Shown one piece after another: positions 19,091 through 28,354 of a stretch of 38,807 nt of DNA. This DNA is from an uncultured Bacilli bacterium (GTDB taxonomy: Bacteria > Bacillota_I > Bacilli_A > RF39 > UBA660), in contig CALVRK010000001.1 in NCBI GenBank assembly GCA_944358565.1, positions 1 to 38,807 on the forward strand. The letters are read 5' to 3'. The translations under genes were made by a program, and so were the position numbers. Under the pieces are notes generated by a model. The model worked only from the letters and a program-made list of their open reading frames with translations, was not told the DNA's origin and made no database searches. The first letter of the stretch is position 1. Each line of letters starts with the position of its first letter.

Positions 19091-19954
19091 ATGAGAAAAA
19101 TTTTTATTGGCACATATACTAAAAACAAAGCGTTATCCGAATTTATTTTTAACAAAGGAAATTTAACACATATCAAAACATATAAAAACCTACAATATTG
19201 TTCGTATTTGCAATTTAAAAACAATACTTTATATGCTTTAAATGAAAATGATAAATGGGATAATGGATATTTAATTATATTAAATAACTATTCTATTAAA
19301 AAGCAAAATTCTTATGGAATTAATCCGTGCCATATTAATGTTGGTAAATACATTACAATATGCAATTATTCAAGTAACTCTGTTTGTATATATGATAATA
19401 ATCAACAAAAATGCACTTTTTACATCAAAAATTCATTACCACATTGTGCTATAGAATACAACAAAGAAATAATTGTTGTAGACAAAAATGATAGATTATT
19501 ACTTATAAATTCAAATATGCAATTAAATTGTTTACATAAATTTAAAAGTGGAACAGAACCTAGACATATTATCATACATGATAATATATTTTACATAATT
19601 AGTGAAAAAACAAATGAATTATTTATTTTTAAAGATTATAAACTTATTGATAGTATCAAAATTGCAGACGGTATTGGATGTGCTATAAAAATATATAATA
19701 ATTATTTATTTACAACTGCTAGAGAAACCAATAAAATTCATATTTTTAATATAAAAAATAAAATGAAACCAATTTTAATTCAAACCATATCATCACATGG
19801 AAAAAATCCACGTGATATGGACTTTTTTGATAATTATCTTTTGGTTTGTAATGTAGATTCAAATAATATTTCAATTTTTACATTTGAAAAAATGTTGAAA
19901 TATAATTCATCATTCTATATTAAAAAGCCTTTTTGTATTTATTTTAAAAAATAA
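19091..19954 (+). CDS. Lactonase-type beta-propeller protein (6-phosphogluconolactonase-like), short form
   Basis: 287 aa. MRKIFIGTYT matches the N-terminus typical of the Lactonase family, and the protein has repeated beta-blade character (PRH/PRD motifs). The 3' end overlaps the convergent gene by 11 bp. Confidence 0.5.
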   Translation: MRKIFIGTYTKNKALSEFIFNKGNLTHIKTYKNLQYCSYLQFKNNTLYALNENDKWDNGYLIILNNYSIKKQNSYGINPCHINVGKYITICNYSSNSVCIYDNNQQKCTFYIKNSLPHCAIEYNKEIIVVDKNDRLLLINSNMQLNCLHKFKSGTEPRHIIIHDNIFYIISEKTNELFIFKDYKLIDSIKIADGIGCAIKIYNNYLFTTARETNKIHIFNIKNKMKPILIQTISSHGKNPRDMDFFDNYLLVCNVDSNNISIFTFEKMLKYNSSFYIKKPFCIYFKK

Positions 19955-21176
19955 GATAGTTGCCCTTTTCAAGTTTATTGGTGTATTTTCTTTTTTTTCC
20001 ATTTTTTAAATCTATAATATATTTTTTATCAATTTTTTCATTTATCATAATATTATTATTACATTCTAAATAATAAATATAACCATTATCAAACATAATT
20101 TTTCTAAAAATGACTCCATGTTGCTTAATACCTTTTTTTATTATAAATTTTTTGATACTTTTTAATTCATTAATAACAAATAAAGGGTGTTTAATAAGAT
20201 TATTGAGTCTTTCCTTAATTTTATTTTTTTCTGACTGATTAAATGTGTTTAGTTCGCCATAAATTTTATACAGTAAATTTATTTTTTCTACTTTTTTAAC
20301 AGTATCTAATTTTCCACTAATCAAATTATATATATCAATCAATGAAAGATAATCACTATCATTTAATGTTTCTTCCCACCACCAATGCATTGGAGTATAT
20401 GTTAAATTATAAAAATATGATCCCCATAATCCAGAAATAAAATACATTTTAGAATCCATATCATTTATGTAAGAACTATCAGAATGCTTAGCATATTCAC
20501 CTAAATACAAAACATTATGTTTATCCATAATGTACTCAATGTTTTCAATAGCATTTTCATAGGGAAAACTATACATATGTAAATCTACATAACAATTCAT
20601 TTTTTCTTTAAATTTTGTAAATAACATATGATTCGATATACTGCAAGTATATATATATCTATCTTGAAACTTTTTAGTCAAATTTTCTATTAAAAGATTT
20701 GCCCAATTTATTAAAATATTGTTAGAACAATGAATTTGATCTATTTCGTTCATTACTTCTATATATTTAACATTATCATACTTATATATTAATTCTAAAA
20801 TATTAATAACTCTACTTAAATAATTATTATCCAAAATTTGAAAAAATTTTTTTTGCTTTTTATATTTATTATAATATGGATTTGAAAGCCAAGAAAAACG
20901 CTTATCATTAATATCTGAATAATTTTTTACATTATAATCAACAAAGTTATTTAACACTATACACACTTCGATTTTCTTTTCTAAAGCATAACTTATAACA
21001 TTATTTAAAACCGTAATATATTTTTTATTATATAGTGCATTAATACTCCAACTACATAAAAATATTCGAACAAAATTTATATTATGTTTTTTACAAATAT
21101 TAAGCCACTTATAATAATTTTCTTCAATTTTACCATCACCACTCCATCCAAGATTAATAGCCATTTTATTATACAT
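19944..21176 (-). CDS. Cytoplasmic clan GH-A (GH5-like) glycoside hydrolase candidate
   Basis: 410 aa with no signal peptide. NFVRIF, then VMNEID (candidate acid/base E), then LGEYA (candidate nucleophile E), spaced as in (beta/alpha)8 GH-A enzymes. Last gene of the glycan operon. Confidence 0.45.
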   Translation of the reverse strand: MYNKMAINLGWSGDGKIEENYYKWLNICKKHNINFVRIFLCSWSINALYNKKYITVLNNVISYALEKKIEVCIVLNNFVDYNVKNYSDINDKRFSWLSNPYYNKYKKQKKFFQILDNNYLSRVINILELIYKYDNVKYIEVMNEIDQIHCSNNILINWANLLIENLTKKFQDRYIYTCSISNHMLFTKFKEKMNCYVDLHMYSFPYENAIENIEYIMDKHNVLYLGEYAKHSDSSYINDMDSKMYFISGLWGSYFYNLTYTPMHWWWEETLNDSDYLSLIDIYNLISGKLDTVKKVEKINLLYKIYGELNTFNQSEKNKIKERLNNLIKHPLFVINELKSIKKFIIKKGIKQHGVIFRKIMFDNGYIYYLECNNNIMINEKIDKKYIIDLKNGKKRKYTNKLEKGNYLIF

Positions 21177-21200
21177 AAACTCTCCTTTTTCTACTAGACT

Positions 21201-21920
21201 TTATATTACTAATGATAAACCGCCATCAACGACAATTTCTGCTCCAGTTATATAGCTAGCTTTAGAAGAAATTAAGAACAATATTACTTCTGCTACTTCG
21301 TTAGGACTACCATGCCTTTTTAGTGGAATTTGATTTGCCGATTCTTTTAATAAAGCTTCATTATATAAATCTTTTTGTAATAATGGTGTATTAATAGACC
21401 CTGGCAAAACAGCATTAACTCTAATATTATAAGAAGATAATTTATAAGCGAATTCTTTTGTTAACATGTTAAGTGCTGCCTTTGATGAAGAATAATGAGC
21501 TATTTCTCTAATTATATGACTATGAATAGATGTGACATTAACAAGTGATGCATTATTAATTTTATTTTTTATCATCCCTTTTGAAACAGCTTGTTCGATC
21601 AAAAAAATAGAATGTAAAGTAACTTGAAACATTTCATGCATTTGTTTAGATGAAAGTTCTAATATATCAACATTTTCTTGGAAACCAGCAGAATTAATAA
21701 AGGCTTTTACTGGTATATCCTTAATATATTTAATAAATTTTAGAACTTCTGCTTCATTAGCTAAGTCTAATTGATAAAATTTATATTTAAAATTAAAATT
21801 CACATTATTTTTATCAACAATAATTATTTGATTATTACTATAGGTTTTACTAATCAACTCAACAGTCGCTTTGCCGATTCCTGAACTACCTCCTAATATA
21901 ATTATACTTTCGATTTTCAT
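21201..21920 (-). CDS. SDR-family oxidoreductase
   Basis: 239 aa. Motifs seen: GGSSGIG cofactor motif and YSSSKAALN (YxxxK). Confidence 0.8.
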   Translation of the reverse strand: MKIESIIILGGSSGIGKATVELISKTYSNNQIIIVDKNNVNFNFKYKFYQLDLANEAEVLKFIKYIKDIPVKAFINSAGFQENVDILELSSKQMHEMFQVTLHSIFLIEQAVSKGMIKNKINNASLVNVTSIHSHIIREIAHYSSSKAALNMLTKEFAYKLSSYNIRVNAVLPGSINTPLLQKDLYNEALLKESANQIPLKRHGSPNEVAEVILFLISSKASYITGAEIVVDGGLSLVI

Positions 21921-21928
21921 TATTTCAT

Positions 21929-22969
21929 CTACTTTCTTTTAATTATTTTTTTTATTCTTTTATATATTTTAGTACCTTTGATATAATATATAAAATTTTG
22001 TACTATAGCTTTTATTCTGATAAATATATTACAATTAATATATAAATTATATTTTTTTGTTGAATCATTGCTGAAATGTCTTTTTAAAATACTATCACCA
22101 CGAGAAAAATCTAAAATTTGTAAATTATTTTCTAACATATATTCCATCAAATTAATAAAAATCAATTTGCCTGGTTGTAAATTCGAATAATATTTATTAT
22201 ATGCCATGTGGTAGGCCATAACTGTTTTATCATAAACTAGCGAAAATAAATGAGCAATATCCTTATTATTATATTTTAAAATTATTAGTAATGAATTATT
22301 CGTATTAGAAATATATTTAAATAATATTCTAGCTTTTTGATTTCTAAATATATCTTTTTTTAATTGTGGTTTATTACTTTCTTTTTCTATTGCAAAAATT
22401 CTCTCTATTTGTTCATAACACTCCAAACCTTTATAAACTGAAAAATATATATGTTCTTTATTTTTTTCCATTATTCTTTTTAAATACCTAAGCTCTTTAT
22501 GCTTAATAATATTTTCAATACCATTTTCTAGATATGCTTTTGGATTATTAGAAGAAAATGTTTTAGGAATGTTTTGAAAATATTTGCTTAATGATTCTCC
22601 GACTTCATTTAAAACGACTTGAAATTTATTTTTTTGAATAAATTCTATAATAATTGGTATTATATTTTCATAACTGTTTTTTATTAAAAGTGTTGTATTA
22701 TCCAAATATCTTTCACCAGGTGAAACAAAACACTTTTTATTTTTTACTAGTGGTAATATAGCAACTAAGTTATTATTCTCTTCAACTGTAATAATTAAAT
22801 ATTGTTGATAGTTAAATGTCTGTAAACAAATACGAAACCAGTCATATGAATTAAAAAAAGTTTTACTAGAACTTTTCTGCCACAAATTATTCCAACAATT
22901 CATTAATTTTTTATCAATATAAGAATATTTATTTACTATTAACATAACTTTTATACCTTTCCAAATCAT
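21929..22969 (-). CDS. FemAB/CelD-like (Acetyltransf_6, BioF2-like) acyl/aminoacyl transferase
   Basis: 346 aa. N-terminal W..LW......FFNSYDWF pattern, plus the size and layout of the CelD/FemX-like GNAT superfamily. The start could be 22945 instead. Confidence 0.5.
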   Translation of the reverse strand: MIWKGIKVMLIVNKYSYIDKKLMNCWNNLWQKSSSKTFFNSYDWFRICLQTFNYQQYLIITVEENNNLVAILPLVKNKKCFVSPGERYLDNTTLLIKNSYENIIPIIIEFIQKNKFQVVLNEVGESLSKYFQNIPKTFSSNNPKAYLENGIENIIKHKELRYLKRIMEKNKEHIYFSVYKGLECYEQIERIFAIEKESNKPQLKKDIFRNQKARILFKYISNTNNSLLIILKYNNKDIAHLFSLVYDKTVMAYHMAYNKYYSNLQPGKLIFINLMEYMLENNLQILDFSRGDSILKRHFSNDSTKKYNLYINCNIFIRIKAIVQNFIYYIKGTKIYKRIKKIIKRK

Positions 22970-23771
22970 ATTGCATTTCTTTAGATAATTTTTTATTGTT
23001 TTTAAAAATAAAAATAAACATTTTATATTTAATTAATTTTAATATCATACGAGTTTTAAAATATTTTTCATCTGTCATTCTATCAACTACACCTTGTTTT
23101 CTAACTCTTTCAAGAGCTTTTGCTTCATTTTCATTCCAAAAATGGTAAACTGTAGCCTCAGGTATATAAACTACCTTTAATCCAGCTTTTCTAATTAATT
23201 CTTGAAAAATAATGTCTTCATTCGCTCCAATAATATTACCTTGATGTCCAAACTGCACATCAAATCCTTTAAATAAGTCAAACGTTTTCTTTTTTATAAT
23301 CAAAAGGCATCCTCCAAGATAATGATAACTTGGCATATTAATTAATTTATTACCAAAATCTTTTTCACCAGCTAAGTAAGTATATTTTTTGGGTAAATAT
23401 TTTGGCTTATTACTTACGATAATTTTTCCACCAGCAATTCCAAACTTTTCATCTTTATATAATGATAAAAAGTCTATATTTTTAAAATTATCACTTAAAA
23501 CAATATCGTCATCAAGAAATATTAGCATTTCATTTTTTGCTTCTTTAGCACCTGTATTCCTAGCATAGCTTGATCCTTGATTACCCTCATAAATATATCG
23601 GCATTTAGAACTCTTATAATATTTTTTATATAACAATTTGTTTCTGCTGTTATCCACTAAAATAATTTCTTTATTATAAAACATAGAATCGATTTGATTT
23701 ATTAAATGATCTAATCTATCTGACTTCCCTATACTAGAAATTATAAATGATAATCTAATCATAGTTATCAC
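22929..23771 (-). CDS. Family 2 glycosyltransferase
   Basis: 280 aa. SFIISSIG...LVDNS...FLDDD(I) is the GT2 DxD-type layout. The start is uncertain (GTG 23771 or ATG 23762). Confidence 0.8.
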   Translation of the reverse strand: MITMIRLSFIISSIGKSDRLDHLINQIDSMFYNKEIILVDNSRNKLLYKKYYKSSKCRYIYEGNQGSSYARNTGAKEAKNEMLIFLDDDIVLSDNFKNIDFLSLYKDEKFGIAGGKIIVSNKPKYLPKKYTYLAGEKDFGNKLINMPSYHYLGGCLLIIKKKTFDLFKGFDVQFGHQGNIIGANEDIIFQELIRKAGLKVVYIPEATVYHFWNENEAKALERVRKQGVVDRMTDEKYFKTRMILKLIKYKMFIFIFKNNKKLSKEMQYDLERYKSYVNSK

Positions 23772-24798
23772 TCTGTTTCAAATGATTTTCAACACATTTT
23801 TCACAATATTTTGTAACTACGTCATCTGGTTCCAAGAATCTTGATCTCATCATTTGCATATATTCATTGTTCCATATATCGCCCTCGTCATCAATATTAC
23901 CATATTTTTTGTCAGGATTAATCACTCTACCACAACTGCCCATATTTCCTTTGGCATCAAAAGATAAATTTTTAAAATACCAATCACATGCTTTTTTGTA
24001 TGTTTTTTTACTTATACTATGTGGCAAGTTTGTTTTTGTATGTAATTTATTTGCACAATCAGCTATCTTCTTCATATCATCATGCATTTCATCTATGTCA
24101 GTTAAACCACCTATTACATCAAAATCAATATATCTATGCAAATCAATTCTATCGACATTTAATGAATCACAAAACTTTAAAAAATCAATGCTTTTATCCA
24201 CAAATTGATGACTGCATACCCCACTTACAACAATTTCTACGTTACTTTTTAATTCCTTTTTTCTTTTTACCAGATATCTTATGTTTTTACATACCTCATC
24301 AAATTTATTGATCTTGCAAATACTAATATATTCCTCTGCAGTTGAGGCATTAAGACTAACCGAAATCTGATTAACATATTTATTTAACAATAAATAGTCA
24401 GCCATTTCTTCGTTTAAAAGCACCCCGTTTGTTATTAAATTCATCTTTTTCCTGTTTTTTGCTGTTATTCTAACTAAATCTTTAAAATATGGATTAATAA
24501 GAGGTTCTCCAACTCCACCTAACATTACAAAAATACTTTCAGGAAATTTTTGATAAATTTTTTCAAGCATCTCTGGTGTCATAAATTCTTTAGTTAAATT
24601 TTTTTGAAATAAAAAATCATTTGTTTTACCATTATGGTGAGGACACATTTCACATCTTAAATTACACAAATCAGAAACATAAATTAATAACCATATAGGT
24701 CTATAAGATAAAATGGCCGTTTTTTTACTTGTTTTATATTTAAAATAATTTAATAATTGTTTTATTTTAAAATGATATTTAATATTTTTTAATTTCAT
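23755..24798 (-). CDS. Radical SAM enzyme with a Cys-rich SPASM/twitch-like C-terminal domain
   Basis: 347 aa. CNLRCEMC is the CxxxCxxC motif, and GGVGEPL is the SAM-binding motif. The C-terminal cysteines are spaced C-x19-C ... C-x2-C. Confidence 0.8.
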   Translation of the reverse strand: MKLKNIKYHFKIKQLLNYFKYKTSKKTAILSYRPIWLLIYVSDLCNLRCEMCPHHNGKTNDFLFQKNLTKEFMTPEMLEKIYQKFPESIFVMLGGVGEPLINPYFKDLVRITAKNRKKMNLITNGVLLNEEMADYLLLNKYVNQISVSLNASTAEEYISICKINKFDEVCKNIRYLVKRKKELKSNVEIVVSGVCSHQFVDKSIDFLKFCDSLNVDRIDLHRYIDFDVIGGLTDIDEMHDDMKKIADCANKLHTKTNLPHSISKKTYKKACDWYFKNLSFDAKGNMGSCGRVINPDKKYGNIDDEGDIWNNEYMQMMRSRFLEPDDVVTKYCEKCVENHLKQSDNYD

Positions 24799-24806
24799 CT
24801 TTTCAC

Positions 24807-25463
24807 CTACTTACTTAAATAATCTTGTTTTAATATTTTTCGCTTTAAAAAAGCTAAATGCAAATAAATATTTCCTAATTTTGAAACAAATAACTTGAAT
24901 TTTGCCATAGGCAAATAACCATTTATACATATACGGGGTAATTCATAATTATTAGATTTTTTTGAAACATGAAATGGTAATAAAGATAAACCATATTTAT
25001 AATTTTTTTTAACTATTTTTATAACATTTTTGTTATACTTTCCCATCGGATATACTACACATTTTGAATAAAAATCATAATCACATTTTAATTCATCTTT
25101 TAATTTTTGCGTAGATAATTGAGTTAAATCCAAATGATTTTTAGTATGAAAATATAATGTTCCATCAAGATCTTTTTTATTTAAATATTTTGGTTCATTT
25201 AATCTATTTGGAATCACTGCTAATGAATATTTTAAATTACGTTGTTTTAAATATGTTATAGCTGGAATAATCGATTTATATCCATCATCAAAAATTATAC
25301 AAACATAATTTCCATGCTTTTTCTCCATTAATTGTTCTATATTACAAAATGAAAAGCGCTTCTTTACTAAATAATCTATTTGTTTTTTAAAATTTTTTAA
25401 TGTAACACTCATAAAAGGATCTTTTTCATTTATCTGATGATATACTAATATTATTTTTTTCAT
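24807..25463 (-). CDS. Cytoplasmic polysaccharide deacetylase (NodB family)
   Basis: IFDDGYKS is NodB motif 1, and HTKNH is the His motif. ATG at 25463 forms an ATGA overlap with the upstream stop. The track start is TTG at 25484. Confidence 0.7.
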   Translation of the reverse strand: MKKIILVYHQINEKDPFMSVTLKNFKKQIDYLVKKRFSFCNIEQLMEKKHGNYVCIIFDDGYKSIIPAITYLKQRNLKYSLAVIPNRLNEPKYLNKKDLDGTLYFHTKNHLDLTQLSTQKLKDELKCDYDFYSKCVVYPMGKYNKNVIKIVKKNYKYGLSLLPFHVSKKSNNYELPRICINGYLPMAKFKLFVSKLGNIYLHLAFLKRKILKQDYLSK

Positions 25464-26599
25464 TTTATCAAATCCTTTGTACAATATTTATAATCATAAA
25501 ACTTTATTATGAATTTCTGCTGTTTTGTAACTCTTTCTGAAATATCTAATGTATTTATTTTTTTTATCTGATTTATAAAATCATTACTACTTTCAGCAAT
25601 AAAAACAAATCGTTCCATTTCTTTTTTCAATCCTTCAATACCCAAATGAGTAGTTATTATTGGTAATCCAACTAAAGATGCTTGTAAAATTTTGTTTTTT
25701 GATCCAGAACCTGCAAATATAGGACATAAATAAATATCATATTTCTGTAATTCTTGTTTCATATCGTCAACATAACCTGTAAAATGTATTCGCTCAGATT
25801 CAAATTTCTTTAATACATTTGGCACGTTTTTACCAACAAAAGTAATCGAATAACTATTTGGCAATTTGGGCATTATTTCATTAATTATAAACTCTGCCGC
25901 TATGGTATTTGGAAAATAGTCCAGGACTCCAGAAAACACTAATTTATTTCTCTTATTTTTATTTCTTAGATTTTTATTATACCATTTTGTTGTATCAATT
26001 GTATTATATATCACTTTCATATTATTTAATTTAGTATTATGTTTATTTTCCAAATATTTTTTATCATCTTCAGAACAAATTATTGTATTATATTGTTTTG
26101 CAATTTTAATTTCATATTTCAAATGTTTTATATATTCTTCCATATTTAAAAGTTTTGAAAATCCTTTAGAAAAATTTTTAGCTCTTTCATAGTATTTTGT
26201 TAAACTGTCCGTCAAATCTATATAAGTCTTATTTTTATCAAAATGTTTAGCATATCCAGCCATTCTTAATCTTTTAATATAAATTAAATCATATTTGTTT
26301 TTATCAATTTTAGATAAAATTCTATGTAATTTCATACTAAAAACATACATATTTTGCAATGGTATTGGTAAAAATAGACCTATAAAACAATTAACATAAG
26401 ACATAATTTTAGAATATTTAACAACAATAATATTATCAAAAAGTTCATTATTATTTAATTCTTTTAATTCTTTTTTATTTGAATAAAGAGCAATTACATC
26501 AACTTTACAACCATTTTCCTTAAAAGACTTTAATAAATTTAATGTTCTTATTCTAGAAAATTCATTTGGTATTGATGGCATTATATAAAGTATCTCCAT
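25460..26599 (-). CDS. Family 4 glycosyltransferase (GT-B)
   Basis: 379 aa. MEILYIMPS N-terminus and a C-terminal GSGSKNKILQASLVGLPIITT (E/GxxxxxxE region) typical of GT4. Confidence 0.8.
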   Translation of the reverse strand: MEILYIMPSIPNEFSRIRTLNLLKSFKENGCKVDVIALYSNKKELKELNNNELFDNIIVVKYSKIMSYVNCFIGLFLPIPLQNMYVFSMKLHRILSKIDKNKYDLIYIKRLRMAGYAKHFDKNKTYIDLTDSLTKYYERAKNFSKGFSKLLNMEEYIKHLKYEIKIAKQYNTIICSEDDKKYLENKHNTKLNNMKVIYNTIDTTKWYNKNLRNKNKRNKLVFSGVLDYFPNTIAAEFIINEIMPKLPNSYSITFVGKNVPNVLKKFESERIHFTGYVDDMKQELQKYDIYLCPIFAGSGSKNKILQASLVGLPIITTHLGIEGLKKEMERFVFIAESSNDFINQIKKINTLDISERVTKQQKFIIKFYDYKYCTKDLIK

Positions 26600-27728
26600 A
26601 AACTATCTCCTCGCAATAATTTTCAATAAAAATTTTGTGATTTTCTTCTCCCGTTTTATTTATTCTATTTTTATCATTCATTAAATTAATAATTAGATTT
26701 GCAAATTGATCATCATCATCACATATATATGTACCACTAGATTTTTTCAAACCTTCTGCTCCAATTGTAGTACTAATTACAGGCTTATAATGTGCCCAAT
26801 ATTCTAAAATTTTTATTCTAGTACCACTTCCAAAATAAACTGGAACTATACATATTCTACTTTCATCAATTATTTTATTTTTTTCTCTTTCACTTGCGTT
26901 TTCATGTATTACAATATTAGAACTAGTTATTTGTTTAATTTGTTTTGGAATATTAGAACCTATAATGTGCAGTGTTATATCATTTTCTTTCTGTAATACT
27001 TTAGGAAAGATATTTCGAATAAAATGTTTTATACCATGAAGATTTGGTTTCCAAGAAATATTTCCAACAAAGACAATATTTTTTTGTAAATCTTGTAAAG
27101 TCGGCTTTTTTAGTATCTCATAACAATTATTAACTACAATTGTCTTATTACTATACTTATTATTAATCTGTTGTTTATCTGTATCACTTACGACAAAAAT
27201 TTTCTTAGCCTTTTTGAAACTTTTTAATTCTTCTTTCTTTATTAACTTTGCTTCTCTTTTTAAAAGCAATTTTAATGGTAATGAATTATAATTAGCAGTT
27301 CTATTCATTAAAATGTATTCAATATTATGATCATCAAAATAAATAGGAACGTTAAGGTTCGTACAATAATTCATCATTGCCAATTCTTCACACATTATAA
27401 ATGAAATATTGTTATTTTGAAGCATATTATTTAATAATGTTTTTATATTTTTATCATAATATTGCAAATTAATTAACGATTTATGGAACATCAGACTTTT
27501 AAATGAATTTTTGATTATATTTCTTTTAAAAGTAAATCCATATATATTTATGTTATATTTTTTTAAGTCTGATATCTTAGAATCATTATATTTTTTATCG
27601 AAAAAACCTATTAAATTTACTTTATAATGTTTACTTAAGAATTTTATCCAAGATAAATTACGTTTGGCTCCACCACTATAAGCTGGAGCAGGTATAAATT
27701 TCATTAATAATATAATTTCTGGTTTCAT
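26562..27728 (-). CDS. Family 4 glycosyltransferase (GT-B)
   Basis: 388 aa. C-terminal GSGTRIKILEYWAHYKPVISTTIGAEGL matches the GT4 EX7E region. Confidence 0.8.
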   Translation of the reverse strand: MKPEIILLMKFIPAPAYSGGAKRNLSWIKFLSKHYKVNLIGFFDKKYNDSKISDLKKYNINIYGFTFKRNIIKNSFKSLMFHKSLINLQYYDKNIKTLLNNMLQNNNISFIMCEELAMMNYCTNLNVPIYFDDHNIEYILMNRTANYNSLPLKLLLKREAKLIKKEELKSFKKAKKIFVVSDTDKQQINNKYSNKTIVVNNCYEILKKPTLQDLQKNIVFVGNISWKPNLHGIKHFIRNIFPKVLQKENDITLHIIGSNIPKQIKQITSSNIVIHENASEREKNKIIDESRICIVPVYFGSGTRIKILEYWAHYKPVISTTIGAEGLKKSSGTYICDDDDQFANLIINLMNDKNRINKTGEENHKIFIENYCEEIVYGDTLYNAINTK

Positions 27729-28342
27729 ATTTTTTCACTTTTCCTTTTAAAAAATAATGTAAAAGTTTTCATAATTATTAACACATCTAATTTGAAAGAA
27801 ATATTATCTATATAAAACATATCAAGTTTTATTCTTTTATTATATGTTAAATTATTATGCCCATTAACTTGCCAAAAGCCTGTCATTCCAGGTGTTACAC
27901 TTAAAAGTTTATCAATATTTTTACCATATTTTTTTAATTCTTCTTTTACAACTGGCCTTGGACCCACTAAACTCATTTCGCCTTTTAAAACATTTATTAA
28001 TTGTGGTAATTCATCTAATGAAAATTTTCTAAGAATAGAACCAATTTTTGTTACACGAGGATCATTTTCCAATTTATAATTTTTATAATATTTCGTTTTT
28101 AATTCATTGGAAAAATTATCAAATATCTTATTTGAATCATCAACCATTGTTTGAAACTTATAAATATAAAATGGTTTTCCTTTTTTTCCTATTCTTTTTT
28201 GCTTATAAATAGGTAAATGTTTAAATTGAATTGTCACAATAATTGAAATTAAAATAATTATCGGAAATGTTATTACGAGAAAAATTATAGATAATAATAT
28301 ATCTAATACTCTTTTAATATTTTCGTATCTTATAGGACGCAT
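27725..28342 (-). CDS. Small monotopic phosphoglycosyl transferase (PglC/EpsL-type 'bacterial sugar transferase')
   Basis: 205 aa with a re-entrant N-terminal helix, DELPQL, GEMSLVGPRP and PGMTGFWQV motifs. Confidence 0.88.
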   Translation of the reverse strand: MRPIRYENIKRVLDILLSIIFLVITFPIIILISIIVTIQFKHLPIYKQKRIGKKGKPFYIYKFQTMVDDSNKIFDNFSNELKTKYYKNYKLENDPRVTKIGSILRKFSLDELPQLINVLKGEMSLVGPRPVVKEELKKYGKNIDKLLSVTPGMTGFWQVNGHNNLTYNKRIKLDMFYIDNISFKLDVLIIMKTFTLFFKRKSEKI

Positions 28343-28354
28343 ATCATACTCTCT

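Noticed and set aside
22929-24798. Radical SAM/SPASM plus GT2 as a RiPP (sactipeptide/glycocin-like) cluster
   Set aside because: Intergenic gaps in the operon are only 8-24 nt, or the genes overlap, so there is no room for a precursor peptide. No protease or bacteriocin ABC exporter is present. The context (PGT, GT4s, ManC) is polysaccharide assembly.
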